Source of the DNA: Bacteroidales bacterium
GTDB lineage: Bacteria; Bacteroidota; Bacteroidia; Bacteroidales; UBA12077
Reading direction: 5' to 3'
NCBI GenBank assembly: GCA_028282585.1
Contig: JANQHR010000035.1
Coordinates: forward strand, 1 to 42,340
DNA: 42,340 nucleotides
Position numbers and translations under genes: made by a program. How positions within the stretch are numbered: the stretch's first letter is position 1; every line of letters begins with the position of its first letter. Below the pieces are notes generated by a model. The model saw nothing but the letters and a program-made list of their open reading frames with translations, did not search any database and was not told the DNA's origin. Positions 17,574-27,800 of this stretch are shown here, one piece after another.

Positions 17574-20500
17574 ATGGCTGCTCTAGAATTTTCAAATAAA
17601 TCATCACGAAATCCCGCTTTATACTTGGCTCCTGCAGCTAAGTTTTGGAACGCCTATTTAGTGTCTAAAGGAACAACACCACCAAAAAGTGGTACCATTG
17701 CATTTAAAGATACACCGCAATATCAAGGTTTTTACATTTTTGCCCCCGAAGCACCATCTGATATAAATACCTTTGTTTCAAACGCATACCAATATTTTAA
17801 TACAATAAAACAAGATGATCAGTCAGGTGCCATTGTTTGGTTTCAAGCTCCCAACGAAAAACCTTCAAAATCCAATGTGCAGTTGATTTTCTTGCAGGCC
17901 CAGGGTATCGAAAAATTTACCCTGCTTAAATCATATAACTATAATTTTGGAAATAATTTCTGCACATTAACATTAACACCAAGCCTGGGAGTTGTCATTA
18001 ATTTAGATACTACCAATAACCGTTTTGTTATATCAGGTCCGCCTAACCCTAATTTTATTAGTTTTAGTGCAAATAATATTGCTTCTCAAACAAAGCCTGC
18101 AGAAGAATTAGAAATACCACTTACAGGTAATGCAATGGCAAGCATTCGATTTCTAATAGGCCTAAACCATGCAACCGACTTTAAAGCATTTGATACATCC
18201 CAGAAATTTTTTTACCACGAAAAATTAACCAAAAAACTCAGAGAAATAAGTTATCCGGTTTTTCAAATTGGAAGTCAAAACAACTTTGTTAGCTTTCAGG
18301 CAAGCATCAATCCACTTGATATGCTCAATTCATCTTCAATCAATACCTATTTGGCTTTTCTGGGTAAAAGTAAGTCAGAAGAAGATCAAATTGATACGGT
18401 TATGGGTTCAAACTTCCAGTCCGTTTTTGGAGCTTCCGTGAATTTAATTCCTGTGTTAGACTTTTCAACTTCTCTTGGCTCATCTAACATACCTAACAAC
18501 AACAGCTCACTTTTAGTATTTTCTGAACGTTCACCATCCAATAAAACTGATAACTGGTATATGGTACCCTCAGGTTATTTTAAATTACATTCGAACGCAG
18601 AAGATATCGAAGCTTTAAATAATAACAATGCTTTTAAATTGCTTTGTGGAATATCTGGTACTGAATCCATAAATACAACAGTACAAACCAAAACCATTGA
18701 CGGGGATTATATGAGGTTTATCGATAAGCAGGCTGCTTATGCCCCTGTTTTTCCTTTCGAGGCAGTTTCCAACAGGAATCAAAGCGAAAAACAAGACAAA
18801 CTTAATTCTAAATTTATTACTTCCTGGGTTAATATTATCCCAAACAATAAAAATCACACTCCATATAGCGGTCAACCTGAATCAGGCCCACTTTACACTA
18901 AAGTAAACTCATTAGGCTCAAATGAACAAGTCCATTCAGATATATTAAACCCATTTTTTCCTGAGGTTCAATACCCGGATGATATTTGTTTTCCTATGGT
19001 GCCTTATGGAGGACTTATTGAAAATGAAAATAAATTTAACGGGATCAAAATTGAAGATATCAGGAATTATGAAATCCAGATTATTAACTCAACTAGGAAA
19101 AAAATAATTTCAGAAAGTAGCCGCTTTTTTGCTACACAAAATGATACTGGCGTAACCGCAACAAATAACGACGGGTTTATCATTACGCTAAAAAATACCG
19201 GGCAATGGGACGAGATCCTATTTGCCAGAAATAATGACTTGGAATTCAAATTCTCAGGATTCGGGAAAACATTGCAAAATGCATTTCAATCCAATCAACA
19301 ATTTATTGTAGCTTCCAACAAAACACACTTTGGTGATTTCAGCAATAAAATACCAATAGAGGACTGGCAGTTTGATGTCAACACTCCTGATAAAACCAAC
19401 TTCGGCAATTATAAAGATGTAATCCTTTTTAAATATTGCAAAGGTTCTATTGAGGATTTAGTGAAGAACCCCAAATTATGGACACAAGCTGAAGATTTTA
19501 ATGGTGAGGATGAATTAAATACTCTTTCTTCATGGATACAAGAATATATAGAGGATGCTAAAAATACGCATGATTCACAAAGCGAAAGCAAAAGTTCTCC
19601 CCTCAAAAAATTCATTCAGGTTGTTACAAACCCGGAATGGAATGGGATTTTAATAATAAAGGCAGATATTGACCTGAAAGAAATGCCCGATGAACTACAA
19701 GGCTTAATAGGCGGTATAGATATTGATAAATTTTATGCCCACCATATTGGCATTGAAGTAAACAAAGTTGCCGTTGAAAATGAAAATACAATTGTTTTAA
19801 AAGAAAACAGTTCGCTATTCGGTTTAATTAATTATATAGATGAGGTTTATAAAGAACAACTGAAAAAGGGAGAATCCCCGGAAACTCCTGTCCCACCTAC
19901 CCCTAAATGCATATACGATTTTAAAGTATTAAAACTCCAGGTATTATTCGAAAATTCCAAAATAAAAGATTTTCAAAGTAAAGCGCAGCTCACGGCCAAC
20001 CGTCTATTTTCGGATAAGGTAACAAAGATAATTACAAACGGAAAAGACAACCTCACCAATTCCATTGTATTCGATGGAAGTTGTCAAAGGCACAGCGACG
20101 GCAGCCCACTTTATATCTTTGACACAGCCGTTGAGAATAAATTTTGTTTTAACAGCAACCTGTTGCCATACATTGATGTTGTAAAAGCCCAGTTCAATAC
20201 AACACAAAAACAGGGTGAATCCGTATCCAAAGTTCATTCTCGTTTTATGTTCTGGGGCAAAATGGATTTTAAAAAACTACCATGTACCGATGGAAAAAGC
20301 AAAAAACAAATTGATTTCGACATACTATCATTTGGAGGCAAAGATGAAAAAGACACCACAAGCGGGCTTTGCTTTTCGAACCTAAGTATAAATATGGATT
20401 TTGATATCTCAACTCCAACTGTGAAATCATTTACATTCGATGCAAACGAAATTGCATTTGATGTTTCCAAAAGTACCATACGAGATAGCAGTTTATACAA

Positions 20501-21011
20501 AAATTTCTCATTACAGATTAATAAGTTCATTTGTGGTAATAAAGATACGCAACCTTCCGATTTAGGGTACCTTGATATAAGAATGCCTGAGTTTACCGGG
20601 AATGGTGTTAAAAACAACTGGTATGGAATTGAATATAAACTTGACATGGGAACTCCGGGAGAATTGGCGGCAAAAGCCGGGTTTTATTCTTCGTTGTTAA
20701 TTGCCTGGAGCCCCGGAGGCAAAAGCACAGAAACCAGTTACAATGTATTTGCCGGAATTAAACTTCCCGGAACCGAAGGAGCAAAATTGTTTGGCATACA
20801 GGGCGTACTTAAGATAGGTATAGCCAGCATACAGTTATTTTATTCAAATGATGAAAAATCATTTTTAATGAAACTAAACGATATAGCACTGAAATTCCTG
20901 GGATTGCTAAAACTACCCCCAGGCAGTACAACATCTTTCTTCTTATATGGCGACCCACAGGGCAAAAAGGAAGGCCTGGGGTGGTTTGCAGCGTATAACA
21001 AAAATGAATAA
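17574..21011 (+). CDS. Large hypothetical protein (1145 aa), beta-rich, no signal peptide
   Basis: Long uninterrupted ORF. The Gly/aromatic-rich C-terminus (WYGIEYKLDMGTPGELAAKAG...LGWFAAY) looks like a conserved core. No catalytic motif recognised. Confidence 0.9.
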   Translation: MAALEFSNKSSRNPALYLAPAAKFWNAYLVSKGTTPPKSGTIAFKDTPQYQGFYIFAPEAPSDINTFVSNAYQYFNTIKQDDQSGAIVWFQAPNEKPSKSNVQLIFLQAQGIEKFTLLKSYNYNFGNNFCTLTLTPSLGVVINLDTTNNRFVISGPPNPNFISFSANNIASQTKPAEELEIPLTGNAMASIRFLIGLNHATDFKAFDTSQKFFYHEKLTKKLREISYPVFQIGSQNNFVSFQASINPLDMLNSSSINTYLAFLGKSKSEEDQIDTVMGSNFQSVFGASVNLIPVLDFSTSLGSSNIPNNNSSLLVFSERSPSNKTDNWYMVPSGYFKLHSNAEDIEALNNNNAFKLLCGISGTESINTTVQTKTIDGDYMRFIDKQAAYAPVFPFEAVSNRNQSEKQDKLNSKFITSWVNIIPNNKNHTPYSGQPESGPLYTKVNSLGSNEQVHSDILNPFFPEVQYPDDICFPMVPYGGLIENENKFNGIKIEDIRNYEIQIINSTRKKIISESSRFFATQNDTGVTATNNDGFIITLKNTGQWDEILFARNNDLEFKFSGFGKTLQNAFQSNQQFIVASNKTHFGDFSNKIPIEDWQFDVNTPDKTNFGNYKDVILFKYCKGSIEDLVKNPKLWTQAEDFNGEDELNTLSSWIQEYIEDAKNTHDSQSESKSSPLKKFIQVVTNPEWNGILIIKADIDLKEMPDELQGLIGGIDIDKFYAHHIGIEVNKVAVENENTIVLKENSSLFGLINYIDEVYKEQLKKGESPETPVPPTPKCIYDFKVLKLQVLFENSKIKDFQSKAQLTANRLFSDKVTKIITNGKDNLTNSIVFDGSCQRHSDGSPLYIFDTAVENKFCFNSNLLPYIDVVKAQFNTTQKQGESVSKVHSRFMFWGKMDFKKLPCTDGKSKKQIDFDILSFGGKDEKDTTSGLCFSNLSINMDFDISTPTVKSFTFDANEIAFDVSKSTIRDSSLYKNFSLQINKFICGNKDTQPSDLGYLDIRMPEFTGNGVKNNWYGIEYKLDMGTPGELAAKAGFYSSLLIAWSPGGKSTETSYNVFAGIKLPGTEGAKLFGIQGVLKIGIASIQLFYSNDEKSFLMKLNDIALKFLGLLKLPPGSTTSFFLYGDPQGKKEGLGWFAAYNKNE

Positions 21012-21028
21012 CACGTAAATATTTTAAT

Positions 21029-22297
21029 ATGAAACCTAAAAAGATAGTTTTTCTATTCGCTTTATTAGTATCGGTTTACTTTAATCTCTTTTCTCAAAAA
21101 TTGGAGATACACCACATTAATGTCCATGACGGAGATGCAACAGTAATTCGTGTATTAAACAAGCAAAATACACTTTTAGCAAAAATTTTAATCGATGGGG
21201 GCGTTTCGAAAGACTATTTAATGCGTTATCTTAAAACAAATATTGACGATGCATACAAATTCAAATATGTAATTCTTAGTCATTATCATAACGACCATTA
21301 CAACGGACTTTTGGCTTTAGGCGATGGAAATATTCAGGCAAATTACCTGATCGACCCTGGGGGTTACACATTATCAAATAAAGATTGTGGAAGCAAATTT
21401 AATAACATACAGCCCAAAGATACAACATGTCCTAGTACTTGGATAATAAATGATAAATATAAAGATGCTATTGCCAATGCAGCAAAAATTTATTCATTGA
21501 AAAGGTATCAAGTAATGAACTTCCCCGATAGCCTTGTAAAAGAGATGATAAAAACCGAAATCCCGGTAATAAGCGTTGGTTCCATCAATATAAAATTAAC
21601 TTGCGTTGCAGCATGGGGGTACACCTTAGGTGATTCAGGAGACATCGTAGATAATTGGGATGACAGGAGAACAAGCAAGAATAACGCTTCCCTAGCATTT
21701 GTCCTTGAAGCAGGCGCTTTCAGGTATTTTCTGGGAGGGGATTTAGGCGGTGAAGATTACGGAAGTTATATTGACCAGGAAACAACTCTTGTAGAAGGTT
21801 TAAGGTATTTATACCCAAAAGCGGAGTCATACGGTGGAGGAGTTCATAATTCTCCAGGGCATTTATGTGGCTTTAAAGCGAACCACCACGGTAGCAAACG
21901 AAGTAATAACAGGGCATTTGTTGGTTCTATGCGAGCTACGTTGTGTGTAACATCTGGCGGAAGTAAGCACGGGCTGCCTTGTTTGGATTTTATATCTTAC
22001 CTTCAGGAATCCAGCCCAATTACTATTCTTAGTTCAAAAGGGTTAGGCCAATTTGACCAGGGATATTATTTTACTTATCCGGACCCATATGATTACAACC
22101 TAACCAAACCTGGCTTAAAAAGAAAAATTGATTACGGAAATATCAATCCTGATGAGAAAGACCAGGCCTGGAGCTATGTTATCACTGTGCCATTAAATTT
22201 AAGTTTAAAAAACACAAGTCAATTTTATGTAAAACGTATTGATAATGATGGATATGTGTGGCAAATGGGAGAATTCAAGTGCCATCAGGAATACTAA
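21029..22297 (+). CDS. Secreted ComEC/Rec2-type metallo-beta-lactamase-fold hydrolase, copy 1
   Basis: Signal peptide; INVHDGDA, LIDGG, SHYHNDH (HxHxDH), NNASL, LGGD, KANHHGS, HGLP. Confidence 0.9.
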   Translation: MKPKKIVFLFALLVSVYFNLFSQKLEIHHINVHDGDATVIRVLNKQNTLLAKILIDGGVSKDYLMRYLKTNIDDAYKFKYVILSHYHNDHYNGLLALGDGNIQANYLIDPGGYTLSNKDCGSKFNNIQPKDTTCPSTWIINDKYKDAIANAAKIYSLKRYQVMNFPDSLVKEMIKTEIPVISVGSINIKLTCVAAWGYTLGDSGDIVDNWDDRRTSKNNASLAFVLEAGAFRYFLGGDLGGEDYGSYIDQETTLVEGLRYLYPKAESYGGGVHNSPGHLCGFKANHHGSKRSNNRAFVGSMRATLCVTSGGSKHGLPCLDFISYLQESSPITILSSKGLGQFDQGYYFTYPDPYDYNLTKPGLKRKIDYGNINPDEKDQAWSYVITVPLNLSLKNTSQFYVKRIDNDGYVWQMGEFKCHQEY

Positions 22298-22323
22298 AAG
22301 AATCTTAAAAAAAATTAAACAGT

Positions 22324-23592
22324 ATGAAACTTAATAAAATAATTCTTCTTATATCCTTTTTATTAACAGCTTGTATCAATGTATTTTCCCAAAAGCTGGA
22401 GATACACCACATTAATGTTCACGATGGTGATGCAACAGTCATTCGCGTAATTAGTAAGTCAGATACACTCTTAGCAAAAATTTTAATTGATGGGGGAGTT
22501 TCGAAAGATTATTTAACGAGTTACCTTGAAACAAACATTGATACCACAAATAAATTCAAATATGTAATTCTTACTCATTATCATAACGACCATTACAATG
22601 GGCTTTTGGCTTTAGGCGATGGAAATATTCAGGCAAATTACCTGATCGACCCGGGAGGTTACACATTAGCAGATAAAAACTGTGGAACTGAATTTGACAA
22701 TATTCAACCAAAAGATACCACTTGCCCAAGTGCTTGGGTAATTAATGAAAGATACAAAGATGCCATTGCCAATGCAGCAAAAACGTATTCATTGAAGAGG
22801 TATCAAGCAATGAACTTTCCGGACAGCCTTGTAAAAGAGATGGTAAAAACCAAAATCCCGGTTACTACTATTGATTCTATTCATATAAAACTGATTTGTG
22901 TTGCAGCATGGGGGTATACATTAGGTGATTCAGGAAATATTATAGATAATTGGGACAAAAAGAGAACAAGTGAAAACAATGCTTCTTTGGCATTCGTTCT
23001 CGAAGCCGGGGCTTTCAGGTATTTTCTCGGAGGAGATTTAGGAGGTGAAAATTATGGAAGTTATATTGACCAGGAAACAACTCTTAAAGAAGGTTTAAAG
23101 CATTTGTACCCAAATGCGAAGCCATACATTGGAAGGCCTCGCAATACCCCGGGGCATTTATGTGGTTTTAAAGCTAATCATCATGGAAGTAAACACAGCA
23201 ATAATGAAAAATTTGTTGTTTCTATCCGCGCAACCCTATGTGTAACATCCGGAGGGCGTAAACATAAGCTGCCAAGTACAGATTTTATATCTTATCTTAA
23301 AAACTCCACCCCAGTAACAAGGATCCCCTCCCGCTTAAGAGAGCCCAATGTTTTTGAACAGGGATATTATTTCACGTACCCATACAAAAATGATTACGAT
23401 CTAGGTCTATACGCGAAAAGAAAAATTGACTATGGAAATGCCAGCTCTGAAGTAAAAGGCGAGGCCTGGAGCTACGTGATAACTGTGCCAATTAGTGATG
23501 CTTTAATTGACACCAGCAAGTTTTACGTAAAACGGATTAATTATAATGGATCTGAATTGCCAATGGGAGAATTTAAGTGCCATCAGGAATAA
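22324..23592 (+). CDS. Secreted ComEC/Rec2-type MBL-fold hydrolase, copy 2
   Basis: Same motif set (THYHNDH, KANHHGS, HKLP); collinear with copy 1. Confidence 0.9.
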   Translation: MKLNKIILLISFLLTACINVFSQKLEIHHINVHDGDATVIRVISKSDTLLAKILIDGGVSKDYLTSYLETNIDTTNKFKYVILTHYHNDHYNGLLALGDGNIQANYLIDPGGYTLADKNCGTEFDNIQPKDTTCPSAWVINERYKDAIANAAKTYSLKRYQAMNFPDSLVKEMVKTKIPVTTIDSIHIKLICVAAWGYTLGDSGNIIDNWDKKRTSENNASLAFVLEAGAFRYFLGGDLGGENYGSYIDQETTLKEGLKHLYPNAKPYIGRPRNTPGHLCGFKANHHGSKHSNNEKFVVSIRATLCVTSGGRKHKLPSTDFISYLKNSTPVTRIPSRLREPNVFEQGYYFTYPYKNDYDLGLYAKRKIDYGNASSEVKGEAWSYVITVPISDALIDTSKFYVKRINYNGSELPMGEFKCHQE

Positions 23593-23622
23593 TAAATGGA
23601 ATCTTAAAAATATTTAAACGGT

Positions 23623-24885
23623 ATGAAACTTAATAAAATAACTCTTCTTATAACCCTTTTATTAACAGTTTATACTGGTGTTCTTGGGCAACACTTGGAG
23701 ATACACCATATCAATGTTCATGATGGCGATGCAACGGTAATCCGAATATTGAACGATCAAAATATGCTCATCGCAAAAGTTTTAATTGATGGAGGAGTTT
23801 CAAAAGATTATTTACTGAACTATTTGAGAGCAAATATTGACAATGAATATAAATTCATGTATGTAATCTTAACCCATTATCATAACGACCACTATAATGG
23901 GTTGACAGCCCTAGGGGATGGAAGCATCCAGGCAAATTATCTCATAGACCTTGGAGCGTATGACCTTACTCCTTATACTACCAACCCAACTAGCCTTAGA
24001 AATATTCAACCAGCTGATATTAATGGCCCCTGGAGTGTAAACAGCCGTTATCTTCAAGCTATCGGGAATGCTGCCAGTTATTATTCCCTAAGCCGTTACC
24101 AAGCCATGAATTTTGATGAAGATAACACCTCCCGTATGGTTAATACGGTAATTCCTATTACCACAATTGGAAACATTGATGTCAAGTTAACTTGTGTTGC
24201 TGCATGGGGTTTTACCCTGGGTAATTTGGGAAGAACTATAGATAATTGGGACGACAGGAGGACAAGCAAGAATAATGCCTCCCTGGCATTTGTGCTTGAA
24301 GCCGGGGCTTTCAGGTATTTTTTAGGAGGAGATTTAGGAGGTGAAAATACAGGTAGTTACATCGACCAGGAAACTACGTTAATCGGAGGCCTTAGGTATT
24401 TATATTTAAATGCTCAAAATTTCATTGATCCAATTTATAACTTTCCAGGGCATGTTTGTGGGTTCAAAGCTAATCACCATGGTAGCAGCCATAGCAACAA
24501 CAATGCGTTTGTAAGCTCATTAAATACCGCTATATGTGTAACTTCAGGAGGGGCAAAACATGGGCTCCCTGATTTAAATTTTATTTCATACCTCAAAAAT
24601 TCCACTCCTATTTCTGCATGGCAATCCAGCGTATCAAATGAATATGATCAGGGTTTTTACTTTACACATCCATCAAGGACTTCATACGACCTAGTAAGTT
24701 TCAATATAAAAAGGATTGTAAATATTGGCAACTATTATGAAGAAGAAGAAGACCGGGGCTGGAGTTATGTAATCACCGTCCCAATAAACAATAACTTATT
24801 AAAAACCAGTCTTTTTTACGTAAAAAAAATCGATTACGATGGAACTGAAAACCCAATGGGACAATTCAAGTGCCATCAACAATAG
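23623..24885 (+). CDS. Secreted ComEC/Rec2-type MBL-fold hydrolase, copy 3
   Basis: Same motif set (THYHNDH, KANHHGS, HGLP); the most divergent copy. Confidence 0.9.
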   Translation: MKLNKITLLITLLLTVYTGVLGQHLEIHHINVHDGDATVIRILNDQNMLIAKVLIDGGVSKDYLLNYLRANIDNEYKFMYVILTHYHNDHYNGLTALGDGSIQANYLIDLGAYDLTPYTTNPTSLRNIQPADINGPWSVNSRYLQAIGNAASYYSLSRYQAMNFDEDNTSRMVNTVIPITTIGNIDVKLTCVAAWGFTLGNLGRTIDNWDDRRTSKNNASLAFVLEAGAFRYFLGGDLGGENTGSYIDQETTLIGGLRYLYLNAQNFIDPIYNFPGHVCGFKANHHGSSHSNNNAFVSSLNTAICVTSGGAKHGLPDLNFISYLKNSTPISAWQSSVSNEYDQGFYFTHPSRTSYDLVSFNIKRIVNIGNYYEEEEDRGWSYVITVPINNNLLKTSLFYVKKIDYDGTENPMGQFKCHQQ

Positions 24886-24899
24886 CAAAAATTAATACT

Positions 24900-27800
24900 A
24901 TGGACTTAAAAGATATTGCAGAAAAGTTAAAAGCTAAAATTCAAGGCGGCAAGCTATGTTTAGATAACTCAGTAATTAATGACGAAAGCTTTAAGTTTAT
25001 TTTACAGTTTTTGCCAAAAAAGAAAATTGAATTGATAGTAAAGCCGGAAGATATTGTTGTGACAGATGATAAAACCATGGCAATATCCGGAAAAACTTCA
25101 TTGTATAATATTTCTGGCCAATCTGAAACAGTGATAAGTATCAACGATGACAAAACAGTTGATAGCGAATTTACCTGTACCATCGGAGGTTTAAATTTTA
25201 CTAAACTGATTAGCCTCGGGCTTATACCTACAGATATCTATGACCCTTCACCCCTACTTCCAACATTGCCTTTTGACGAAATCGATATAACCGCTTCTTC
25301 CAAAAAGCTTAATTATGAATTGGCTTCTAAAATTTCAAAAAATAAAATAAACCTTTTAAGCAATATTGGTTTAAGCCTGGAAAACCTGGGGTTTTGCATT
25401 ACGCAAACGATGATTCCTTTTTCAGAGAACAAAGATACTCAACTATTGTTGTTTGGAACTTTTAACCTTGGTAAAACAAGTATTGATGTAAATTTAACCG
25501 TTCCCATTAGCCAGTCAAGTGTAAAAAATCAGTGGAATTTATCCTTTTTCACAAAAACTACTCTTGCCGGCGAAATACAAGATATTACCCAACTATTTTT
25601 AGGATTTAATATTTTTGAATTCCTGCCTCCCGGGTTTTCAAGCCTGCTTAACTTTTCAATTGAAAAACTACAGATTAATTTTGACCCGGTAAAAACTTCC
25701 ATAAAATACATTCAGGCTACCATTTCTAACCCTCAGCCATTTACGATTGGCAATAGCCTGGAAATAAAGCAAGTTGGCTTAACCTTATCGTGGAGTAAAG
25801 TTGATAATAAAAGTTCTTTATCTGCACTTGTATTTGGAAAATTCCAAATAGGGAAAGATGATGAACCAACAAAAATATTATTGGATGTTTCTATGTCCAT
25901 GCCTTCCGGCTCGGCAGACTGGGCCATAGATATCAGTGGAAGCCTTGAAAATAAGGGTTTTGAAGATGTATTTAAAGCCATGCCCGGCAGTTCATCCTCA
26001 AATATTCCTGCTTTGCCAATAGGCCTGGATTTGAAAAAAATAGAACTGGTTTATTTAACGATAGGGTTTAACCCGGCTTCCAAAACTTTATCTTTAATAT
26101 CATTCAATGTACAAACCGAACTTGATTTTAAAATTGTGGCTGGTGTCCTGGATGCAAAAAACCCATACGCCCAATTTGATATTAAAAATCCATTAAATAC
26201 TGCTAACCGGGAATTAACCGGAAAAGTTGGGGGCGATCTAATTATTGGAGATGTTCTTTCGCTTCGCTTACAGGCATCCAAGCCTGCTTCCGATTCAGGA
26301 TGGCTTTTCTATGCAGGAATGCTTCCTGGCGAAAAGTTAGAATTAAAGAATATCATAGATACATTTTTAAAAGAATTTGCTGTAAGCAACTTACCTGATT
26401 GGTTAAAGCCGGACTTAAGCATTGAAGGAGCTTCTGTTGAGGTTCAAGCACCTGCAAAAGAAGGGCAAAACGCAGCATATAAAGTAAAAGGCAAGGCTGA
26501 TTGGAAATTACAATATCCCAATAACACTAATCCAATTATTGACACGAATGTTTTTGCCGAATTGGAAATAAACTACGATAAAAACAAAAGCTCTGAGCAC
26601 CCCTATTCAGGCCTTATTAAAGGTGGAGTAGAAAATGTCCCTCTAATTGGTTCCGATTTAGAACTTGGCTATAAGTTCGATGAAAGCAAAAAAGAACTAT
26701 TTGTTCAGTGGAGGGCTTTAACAGGCTCAATTATTACGAAAGGCAATGATAAAATTATTCAAATTACAATAGGTGATGAATCTGTTGGAAGCCTTATCAC
26801 TTACCTTGTTGGTTTGGCAACGCACAATAAAAATTTCCAGCTCGATGAGCCCTGGAACCTCCTTAACCATATTAGTTTGAAAGGCTTTAAATTAAGTTAT
26901 AACCTCTCAACCAAAGAAGTTGACGTATCTTATACTCTACCCAAAAAAATTGACCTGCTGTTTATTGTTATTGAAGGAATAACGCTAAAAACCGAAAACA
27001 AAAAGGTAATGCTGGCAATTGATGGGTCGTCTCATGTTGGGCCGGCATTTGACGACTTGTTAAATAAAGACAAAGGAAGTGATGTACAGAACCTTCCCGG
27101 AGTACCAGGCAAGGGAAATAAATATTTTGATTTACGCTTATTAGCCCTGGGGCAACATGTAGAATTTGAAACTAACAAAACAGAAATAAGCGAAGTTATT
27201 GAAGATATGCGGGGCATATTCAAAGAACCCACTGAAGAAAAAGCATTTCCCCTTAAATTAAATCCCGATAACCACTGGCTCTTTGCCACCAACTTTGGCA
27301 TAATGAAAGATGAAAGTGCCAATGAATATACGGTTGATTTAGGCATTGTTTTTAACGACCCTGAACTATATGGCTTAAAGCTGAAAATGGGTGGCAAATA
27401 CGCAAAGGTTTTCAAAGGGCTTGAATTTGAAATCCTGTATAAAAAAATTACGGACTCGATCGGTATGTTTAAAGCAGAATTAACCCTGCCAGATTCAGTA
27501 AGGTATTTAACCTTTGGAGAAATTAATATTGTCCTGCCCGTTATAGGCCTGGAAATATTTACCAATGGTGATTTTAAAATAGACCTTGGGTTCCCATACG
27601 ACTTGAATTTCTCCCGTTCATTTGCCGTTTCCGGAATTATAATGGCAGGCCCTGTCCCACTTCCATTAATGGGATTAGGTGGAATATATTTTGGCAAGCT
27701 AAGCGGCCCGACTTCATCTAAAGTTCCGGTTACTACCAAAGGTTTATTTAACCCCGTTCTTGAATTTGGTTTAGGCCTGCAAATTGGGTTTGGTTTTGTA

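Noticed and set aside
21029-24885. Calling the three MBL-fold genes beta-lactamases or competence comEC
   Set aside because: The motif set (GDA, HxHxDH, NNAS, GD, HHGS) is the ComEC-type phosphoesterase clade, not class B beta-lactamase. The multi-TM competence channel domain is absent.
24870-24899. Overlap/translational fusion between MBL copy 3 and the giant ORF
   Set aside because: The GTG at 24870 falls inside the conserved FKCH codons shared by all three MBL copies. ATG 24900, after an A-rich spacer, is the more plausible start, and no slippery site is evident.
27032-27739. 235-aa antisense ORF inside the giant gene
   Set aside because: It lies wholly opposite a long coding frame, has an Ile/Ser/Pro-rich shadow composition and contains no motif.
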